This document shows positions 55,386 through 64,000 of a stretch of DNA of 64,000 nucleotides, one piece after another (the first letter of the stretch is position 1; every line of letters begins with the position of its first letter). The notes beneath the pieces were generated by a model. That model was not told the origin of the DNA. It saw only the letters and a program-made list of their open reading frames with translations, and ran no database searches. The stretch covers positions 576,001 to 640,000 of the forward strand of contig CAWELD010000003.1 of NCBI GenBank assembly GCA_963809895.1. Direction: 5' to 3'. The DNA is from an uncultured Gemmatimonadales bacterium (GTDB taxonomy: Bacteria; Gemmatimonadota; Gemmatimonadetes; Longimicrobiales; Gaopeijiaceae). The position numbers and the translations under genes are program-made.

Positions 55386-58300
55386 ATGGCAGGCACGGTC
55401 GACAGGGCCATCGCCATCGTGGGCGTGGGGGCGATCATGCCCGACGCCGCCGACGCGGACGCCTTCTGGCAGAACCTGGCGGACGGACGCTACAGCATCA
55501 GCGACGTCCCGCCCGAGCGCTGGGATCCCGACCTCTACTACGACCCCGACCCGGCGGCGCCGGACAAGACGTACTCCCGGATCGGCGGCTGGGTGGGCGC
55601 CTGGGATTGGAATCCCCTGGCCTGGCGGCTGCCCATCCCGCCCCGGGTGAGCGACGTCATGGATCTGGCCCAGAAATGGGCCATCGTCACGGCCCGGCAT
55701 GCCCTCCTGGACTACGGCTGGCCCGAGCGCGCGCTGAACCCCGAGCGCACGGCGGTGATCCTGGGGAACGCGCTGGGCGGCGATACCCACCTGCTGTCCG
55801 CGGCCCGCATCCTCTTTCCCGAGGTCGGCGACGAGCTCGCCCACGCGCCCACCTTCCAGAGCCTGCCGGCAGAGGTGCGAGGCGCCGTCATGGAGGAGTT
55901 GCTGGCCGGCGTGCGGAGCCGAATTCCGGACATCACCGAAGACACCATGCCCGGCGAGCTCAGCAACATCGTGGCCGGGCGGGTGGCGGCGGTCTTCGAC
56001 TTCCGCGGGCCCAACTTCGTCACCGACGCTGCCTGCGCGTCGGCCATGGCCGCCGTGAGCGCCGCCGTCGAGGGCCTGGAGGAGGGAGATTACGACACGG
56101 TCCTGACCGGCGGCATCGACGCCAACATGAGCCCGTCCACCTTCGTGAAGTTCTGCAAGATCGGCGCGCTGTCGGGCACCGGGACGAGGCCCTACGCCGA
56201 CGGGGCCGACGGCTTCGTCATGGGTGAGGGCGCCGCCACCTTCCTGCTCAAGCGCCTGGAGGACGCCGAGCGGGACGGCGACCGGGTGTACGCGGTGATC
56301 CGCGGACTCGGAGGCTCCAGCGACGGCCGGGGCAAGGGCATCACGGCCCCGAATCCCGTGGGCCAGCGCCTCGCCGTGGCCCGCGCCTGGGAGCGTGCGG
56401 GGCTCCGTCCCGAGGCCGGCGACATGGTCGAGGGGCACGGCACCTCCACGCGGGTGGGCGACGTGGTAGAGGTGGAGAGTCTCGGGCACGTCTTTCGCGA
56501 CTGGGGACTGGCCTCGGGGTCGGTGGCTCTGGGCTCCGTCAAGTCCAACATCGGGCACCTGAAGGCCGGCGCCGGCGCCGCGGGGCTCTTCAAGGCGGCG
56601 CTGGCGCTCCATCACAAGCAGCTTCCACCGAGCCTCAACTTCGAGCGGCCCAACCCGGCCATCGACTTCGCCGCCTCGCCCTTCCGGGTGGTGACGGAGC
56701 TCGCGCCCTGGGACAAGCCGGGCGGCGATGCGGTTCGGCGGGCCGGCGTGAGCGCCTTCGGCTTCGGGGGCACGAACTTCCATGCCGTGCTGGAGGAGTA
56801 CGTGCCCGGGCGTCTCGGGCGTCGTGCGCCCACGAGCACCGGCGCCGAGCTCGAGCGTCCCGGCGTTCCCGGCAATGGACACGCCACGAGGGCAGGTGGT
56901 ACGCCTCCGGCTTCTGGTGGCCAGCCTCCGAGGATGCCGCTCCGAGGAGCGCTCCTGGTGGGGGCGGCCACCGACGCCGAGCTGGCCTGGCGTCTACGGC
57001 AGGTAGCTGCCGAGGCGGCGGCCGGTCAGGCGCCGCCCCCGGGTATGCCTCTGGCTCGCGACCTGGAAGCGCCGGTGCGGGTGGCCATCGACTACGGCGA
57101 CGCCGAGGAGTTGGCGGCGGGTGCCGAACAGGCCGCGACCGCGCTGGAGGAGGGCGACGCCGGGCGCTGGAGAGCGCTCCGCAACAAGGGCGTGTTTCTG
57201 GGTCGGGGCCGGCCCGGCGAGGTGGCGTTCCTCTTCACCGGGCAGGGCTCGCAATACGTGGGAATGCTCCGGGAGCTCCGGCGCCTCGACCCGGTGGTGG
57301 CGGCCACCTTCGATGAAGCTGACGGCATCATGACGCCCCTCATCGGCGGCCCGCTGACGGATCGCATCTTCGTGGACGAAGACGACGAGGCGGCGGTGGC
57401 CGCCGCCGAAGAGGATCTCAAGCAGACCGCCATCACCCAGCCCGCGGTGCTCACCGTCGATACGGCACTGGCCCGTCTCATGGGCTCGTTCGGCATCCGT
57501 CCGGACATGGTCATGGGCCACAGTCTGGGCGAGTACGCCGCGCTGGTGGCGGCGGGGGCCATGACCTTCCGGGACTCCCTCATGGCGGTCTCGGCCCGGG
57601 GCCGGGCCATGACCGACCTGACACTGGGCGACAACGGGACCATGGCCGCGGTCTTCGGGGCCGTGGACCGGGTGGCCGAGCTGGTCGAGGCCATGGACGG
57701 CTACGTGGTGGTGGCGAACCTGAACAGCACCAAGGAGTGCGTCATCGGCGGCGCCACCGAGGACATGGACAAGGCCATGGAGGCGCTCCGGGACGAGGGG
57801 CTCCGGGTGGTGCAGTTGCCGGTGAGCCACGCCTTCCACACGCGCATCGTCGCCCCGGCTTCCGAGCCCCTGTCCATCACGCTGCGCGGTCTGGACCTGC
57901 GGCCGCCCGAGATTCCCATCGTGGCCAACGTGGACGGCGAGTTCTACCGCATGGAGCCCGGCAGCGAGGCCGGAATCGTGGACGTGCTGGCGACCCAGAT
58001 CGGTGCGCCGGTGCAGTTCGTGAAGGGGCTGCGCACGCTGTACGAGGCCGGGGCCCGCATCTTCGTGGAGATGGGTCCCAAGCGGGTGCTGTACGGTCTC
58101 GCGGAAGATGTTCTGGGCGAGCATGACGACGTGACCACCCTCTACACGAACCACCCGCGTACCGGCGACGTGGTCGCCGCCAACCGCGCGCTGTGCGGGT
58201 TGTGGGCCGCGGGGGTGGGAGAGGGAGCAAGGGAAGAGGTGGCGGCCTCGACGCCCGACCCCGTGGCGCCGACGGCGCCAGCGGCCGGTCCCGAGGACCG

Positions 58301-61300
58301 CTACCTGACGCTGGGCCGCATGTTCGCGGACTTTCTGGACCAGAGCTTCCAGGTCTACGGGGGTGAAGGACGCCGCCCCCAGGCGACCAGAGTAGGCATC
58401 ACCGGAGCATCGCTCGGACTTCCGGGCACCGAAGGCGTGCTGGCCGATGACAACGCGGCGCGGCTTCTGGAAGGCACGCAGCTCATCGAGGCCGTGCCGG
58501 CCGCCGTGCGCACGGGGATGCTCGGCCGGCGCATCACCCGCCTGGTGAAAGGGAGCGGTGGGGAGGCGAGCTTCGAGACCATCGCCGACGAGAGTGACGT
58601 GGTGAAGCTCGCCGGGCAGGGCAGAGACGAGGCGCTGGTGGAGCGCTACGGGTTCCCCCGGGATCGGGTCGCCGCACTGGACCGGGTAACCCGGCTCGCC
58701 ATCGCTGCCGGGATCGATGCACTGCGCGACGCGGGCATCCCCCTGGTGCGACGCTACCGTACCACCACCACCGGCTCGCAGCTACCCGAGGGATGGGAGC
58801 TGCCCGAGGAGATGCGGGACGACACGGGCATCATCTTCGGGTCGGCCTTTCCGGGAGTCGACACCCTGGTGCGCACCCTGGACGCCTATCACGAGGATCG
58901 CACGCGTCGCGCCCGGCTGGATGAGCTCCGGACCCTGCGCGACGCCGGGGCCGATCACATGGATTCCGAGGCCCGGCTGACGCTGGAGCGGCGCCTCGCC
59001 GAGGCCAAGGCGGCCGTGGAGGAGGAGCCCTTCCAGTTCGACCGCCGCTTCCTGTTGCAGGTCCTGGCCATGGGCCATTCCCAGTTCGCCGAGTACATCG
59101 GCGCCCGGGGACCGAACATTCAGACGAACGCGGCCTGCGCCACGGGCACGCAAGCCGTGGCGCTGGCCGGGGATTGGATCGAAGCGGGGCGTTGCCGCCG
59201 CGTCATCGTGGTCACTGCCGACGATGTCACCAACGAAGCCATGTTCCCCTGGTTCGGCGCGGGCTTCCTGGCGTCGGGGGCGGCGGCCACCGACGCTCGC
59301 GTGGAGGACGCGGCGCTCCCCTTCGACAGGCGGCGCCACGGCATGATCGTGGGCATGGGCGCCGCGGCTCTCGTGGTCGAGGATCTGTCTTCGGCCGCGG
59401 GGCGCGGCCTGGATCCCATCTGCGAGTTGTTGGGGACCGAGGTGGCCAACAGCGCTTTCCACGGCACCCGGCTGGACGTGGAGCACATCGCCGAGGTCAT
59501 GGAACGGCTGGTGGCCGGGGTGGAAGCCCGCCACGGGCTGCGACGCGACGAGCTGGCCCGGGAGCTGGTCTTCGTCTCGCACGAGACCTACACGCCCGCT
59601 CGGGGCGGTAGCGCCTCGGCCGAGGTGCGAGCCCTGCGCCACGTGTTCGGGGCGCGGGCCGACGACGTGGTGGTGGCCAACACGAAGGGATTCACGGGGC
59701 ACCCCATGGCCGTGGCCATCGAGGACGTCCTGGCCGTACGCATGCTGGAGACCGGGATCGTGCCGCCGGTGGCGAACTTCCGGGAAGTGGATCCGGAACT
59801 GGGCCGCCTGAACCTGTCGCGCGGCGGGTCCTACCCCGTGCGGTACGCGCTGCGGCTGGGTGCGGGATTCGGCTCTCAGATCAGCATGAGCCTGCTGCGC
59901 TGGACGCCCCCGCCGGACGGCGCGCGCCGGGATCCGAGGCGGAACGGGTTCGCGGGCCGCGTGCGCGATCCCGCGGCCTGGAACGCGTGGCTACGGCGCG
60001 TGACCGGCTACGCGGTGCCCGAGCTGGAGGTCGAAGCGCGCACCCTCAGGTTGAGGGATCAGGGGCCGCCGAGGCCCACGCGTGTTCCGCCGCCGTCGAT
60101 GCCTGCCTCCGCCGAGGCTCCCGTCCGGACGGCCACGGCTCCGATTCCGCCGACGACACCGAAGGTCGTGGAGGCTCCTCCCGAGGTCGCGGCGCCGCCG
60201 AGCCCCGCGGTGACCGAGACGACGCCCGCGACCGCACCCGCGCCCTCCTCCTCCGAGGTGGAGTCCGAGGTGCGCGGGCGTGTGCTGGGGATCGTGGCGG
60301 AGCAGACGGGCTACCCGGCGGACATGCTGGAGCTGGACCTGGATCTGGAAGCGGATCTGGGGATCGACACGGTGAAGCAGGCGGAGATGTTCGCGGCGAT
60401 CCGCGAAGCGTACGACATCGAGCGCGACGAGAACCTGGCGCTGAGGGACTACCCGACGCTGGCCCATGCCATCGAGTTCGTGTTCGAGAAGAGGCCGGAG
60501 CTCAGGGGCGCGGGTGGCGGTGGAGTACCTGTCGCGGCCCCCGCGGAACCTGTGGCGACGGCCGCAGCGCCGCCCGCGACGCCCACCGTGGAGTCCGAGG
60601 TGCGGGAGCGCGTACTGGGGATCGTGGCGGAGCAGACGGGCTACCCGGCGGACATGCTGGAGCTGGACCTGGATCTGGAAGCGGATCTGGGGATCGACAC
60701 GGTGAAGCAGGCGGAGATGTTCGCGGCGATCCGCGACGCGTACGACATCGAGCGCGACGAGAACCTGGCGCTGAGGGACTACCCGACGCTGGCCCATGCC
60801 ATCGAGTTCGTGTTCGAGAAGAGACCGGAGCTCAGGGGCGCGGCCTCGTCGCCGTCCGCGGATCCGGTGACATCGACATCGACGTCTGGCGTCGGCGGTG
60901 GCGGAACCGGCGTCAGCGCAGGCACCGGCCGCGGCGCCCTCCTCCTCCGAGGTGGAGTCCGAGGTGCGGGAGCGCGTGCTGGGGATCGTGGCGGAGCAGA
61001 CGGGCTACCCGGCGGACATGCTGGAGCTGGACCTGGATCTGGAAGCGGATCTGGGGATCGACACGGTGAAGCAGGCGGAGATGTTCGCGGCGATCCGTGA
61101 CGCGTACGACATCGAGCGCGACGAGAACCTGGCGCTGAGGGACTACCCGACGCTGGCCCATGCCATCGAGTTCGTGTTCGAGAAGAGACCGGAGCTCCGC
61201 TCGAGGGTGGGTGCGGCGGCGGCCACCGACGCTCCGGCAGAGGTGGGATCGGAGGAGACCGCGACCGGCACGGTGGCGGCCCCGGCGCCTCGGTCCTCCG

Positions 61301-63801
61301 TGCCCCGGGGATCCATGGAGGCGGCCCGGGCGCTGCCCCGACGGGGTCCGGTGGCACGTCTCAGGCCTCCGGCCACCCGCTTCGACAGCACGGGCGTGGA
61401 GTTGGCCGAGGGCGACCGCGTGGTCGTGATGCCCGACGAGGGCGGCGTGGGCGCGGCCCTGAAGGGACGCCTGGAATCCCGGGGCGTGACGGTCCTCGAC
61501 ATCGACGGCGACCCGTCCGTGGCCGACATGGAATCCATGGCCGAGGCCTGGGCCGCCGCGGGACCCGTGCGAGGCGTGTACTGGCTGCCGGCTCTGGACG
61601 GGGTGGATCAGGCGTCGTTGGAGGACGCCGGGTCGCGGCGTGCCGCGCTGCACCGCCGCGTGAAGCTTCTCCACGCCACCATGCGGGCCCTCTACGAGCG
61701 GGTCGGTGCGTCCGGGACGTTCCTGGTCGCCGGCACCCGCCTCGGGGGCCGGCACGGGTACGACGAGGACGGGGCCACCGACGTGGCCGGAGGCGCCGTC
61801 ACCGGGTTCACGAAGTCCTTCGGCCGCGAGCGCCCCGAAGCGCTGGTGAAGGCGGTGGACTTCGAGCCGTCGCGCAAGACCGCGGCGCTGGCGGACCTGC
61901 TCCTGGAAGAAACGCTCCACGACCCGGGCGTGGTGGAGGTGGGTTACGCCCGGGATCGCCGGTGGGCCGTGGCATTCGAGGACCTGCCACCACACGAGCC
62001 CGAGGGTGTCGAGAGCACCTGGAAAGGCGGTGGTGTCCATGTCGTGACCGGCGCAGCCGGGAGCATCGTGTCGGCCATCGTCGCCGATCTCGCGTCGGCA
62101 GGCGGCGGTACCTTCTGGCTCCTGGACCTGACGCCCGAACCCGACCCGGCCGACCCGGACCTGCAGCGCTTCCGCACGGACCCCGACGGCCTCAAGCGCG
62201 AGCTCTTCGAGCGCATGCGCGCCCGGGGCGAGCGGGCGACCCCGGCACGGGTCGAGCGAGCGCTGGCCGGGATCGAGCGCTCGGCCACGGCACTGGCCAC
62301 CATGGAGGCGGTGCGGGCGGCGGGAGGCCGGGCCGTGTGGCGGAGCTGCGACCTGCGCGACGCCGAGGCGGTGGCGGAGATCCTGGCGGAGCTCCGGGGT
62401 CAGCATGACGCGGTCGACGTGCTGATCCACGCCGCAGGGCTGGAGATCAGCCGCTCGCTCCCGGACAAGTCTCCAGAGGAGTTCGCGCTGGTCTTCGACG
62501 TGAAGGCCGATGGCTGGCTGAACCTGATGGCGGGCCTGGCCGACACGCCCCTGGGAGCCGCGGTGGTGTTCAGCTCCATCGCCGGGCGCTTCGGCAACGC
62601 GGGTCAGGCCGACTACAGCGCGGCCAACGACCTGCTCTGCAAAGCGGTGTCGGCGCTGCGCCGCACGCGGCCCGACACCCGGGGGCTGGCGCTGGATTGG
62701 ACGGCGTGGGCCGACATCGGTATGGCCGCACGCGGCTCCATCCCAGCCATCATGGCCCGGGCGGGCATCGACATGCTCCCGCCCGAGGCGGGCATCCCGG
62801 TCGTGCGGCGCGAGCTGGGCCTCGCAACCCGCGCCGAGCTGGTGGTGGCACAGGCGCTGGGGACCATGCTGGAGGACCGGGCACCGCGTGGGGGGTGGCC
62901 GGCGGAGAGCGGCTCGTCTGCTGGGCCCATGGCGGGCATGGTGACCCGTTTCTCGCCCGAAACCGGGCTCGACATGGAGGTCACCCTGGATCCCGCGGAG
63001 CAGCCGTTCCTGCGGGACCACCGCATCGACGGGGTGGCGGTGCTGCCCGGGGTGATGGGGCTGGAGGCCATGGCCGAAGCCGCGCTGACCGGCTTCCCCG
63101 AGCTGCGCCTGGTAGCGGCGGAGGACGTGCGTTTCCTGGCGCCGTTCAAGTTCTATCGCGACGAGCCGCGCACCGTCTACACGAGCGCCCGCTTCGCCCT
63201 CGAAGGTGACCAGGTGGTGGCGGACTGCGTGGTGCTTGGCCGCCGCACCCTCCACGGGCGAGCGGAGCCCGAGGTCACGGTCCACTTCAGGGGTCGGATC
63301 CGCATAGCGGTCCAGGACGCAGCCGCGGCCTCGTCGGAGGACTGGCCCGCAGAAGAGGCGGAGGGCGTCGAGGCTTCGGACATCTATCGCCTCTTCTTCC
63401 ACGGTCCGGCATACCAGGTGGTGGCCAGGGCCTGGAGGGCCGATGGGCGGGTGGAGGGACGTCTTGCCGCGCCGCTTCCGGCCAATCACGCGCCGGCGGA
63501 GCTGCCGACGGTGGCCGCGCCGCGTCTGGTGGAGCTTGCCTTCCAGGTGGCGGGACTGGCCGAGATGTCGGCCTCTCGCCGCATGGGGCTGCCCGACGGC
63601 ATCGGCCGGTTGGAGTTCAGTGGCGGGGTCCCCGGCGAGGCCGAGGGCATGGTGGCCGTGGCCCGGGCGTCGAACGGCGAGGAGCACGAGGTCGTCGTGA
63701 TCGACGGAGACGGCCGCGTCCGCCTCGAGCTCACGGGCTACCGGACATCGGCGCTGCCCGGGGTGGTGGACGCCACGCCGCTGGAGAGGCTCAAGGGCTG
63801 A
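55386..63801 (+). CDS. PfaA-like iterative type I PKS/FAS: KS-AT-KS-ACP-ACP-ACP-KR-DH (one +1 frameshift near 60888; ~2804 aa if corrected)
   Basis: KS1 DAACAS/HGTST/KSNIGH; AT GHSLG/HAFH; KS2 NAACATG/SHETYT/GFTGH; three [15 protein letters not shown] units; [16 protein letters not shown]...[19 protein letters not shown]. Joins ORFs 55164..61100 and 60898..63801. Confidence 0.9.
60260..61197 (+). repeat. Three near-identical ~245-bp ACP-coding repeats
   Basis: Copies start near 60260, 60590 and 60954 and differ at only a few bases. They are separated by mostly divergent Ala/Pro-rich linkers. Confidence 0.9.
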
Positions 63802-64000
63802 TGTCGGTGATCCATCTGGCTCGGGCCGAGGTCCGGGAGGTCCCTTCGGGGGATGGCTGGCTGGCGTCGCCCGAGCGCCAGGAACAGCCGCCGCCCCGCT
63901 TCGGCAAGCGACGGTCCGACTGGCGCCTGGGCCGCTGGACGGCGCACCGGGCGTTGCAGGGCTTTCTCGAGGTGGAGGAGGTGGCCCGGGGCCAGGGCGA
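63801..64000 (+). CDS. Partial (runs off window): probable Sfp-type 4'-phosphopantetheinyl transferase
   Basis: ATG overlaps the PKS stop (TGATG). Reads [49 protein letters not shown], like the WL..xE...KRR.xW..GR N-terminus of Sfp-type PPTases. Not in the ORF track because no stop lies in the window; catalytic motifs not visible. Confidence 0.7.
   Translation, partial: MSVIHLARAEVREVPSGDGWLASPERQEQPPPRFGKRRSDWRLGRWTAHRALQGFLEVEEVARGQG

Noticed and set aside
60880..61100. Programmed frameshift or true split of the PKS into two genes
   Set aside because: No slippery sequence, the break lies in an inter-ACP linker, and it shares the artefact-like signature of three other sites. Not fully excluded without reads.

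Overview
High-GC bacterial chromosome segment. Gene content and style suggest Gemmatimonadota (inference only). Left to right: (1) end of a minus-strand heme/electron-transfer operon; (2) a Tat-exported M24 peptidase; (3) a ~14 kb coupled operon of TPR protein, Ig/BACON lipoprotein, giant 17xDUF11 lipoprotein, FHA protein, PP2C phosphatase and a Ser/Thr kinase with Ig and RCC1 domains; (4) housekeeping genes hrpB, ppk2, valS, selA, gmhB, an A-type Fe-S carrier, nadA, purN and purH; (5) tRNA-Ser(TGA), followed by two structured 196-bp tandem repeats that regenerate the tRNA 3' end, then a lower-GC GT-C glycosyltransferase; (6) ispG, an ATP-grasp/SET-domain fusion, a cytochrome c and a two-permease RND efflux system; (7) a cluster of acyl-CoA dehydrogenase, PfaA-like type I PKS (KS-AT-KS-ACPx3-KR-DH) and a coupled PPTase. 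The best novelty candidate is the PKS. All three ACPs carry Thr (GIDTVK) where the phosphopantetheine-accepting Ser is normally invariant, the ACP cores contain no Ser, and a probable PPTase gene overlaps the PKS stop codon. Four +1 frameshifts in the window look like consensus artefacts. All domain calls come from motifs read by eye, not from database searches.
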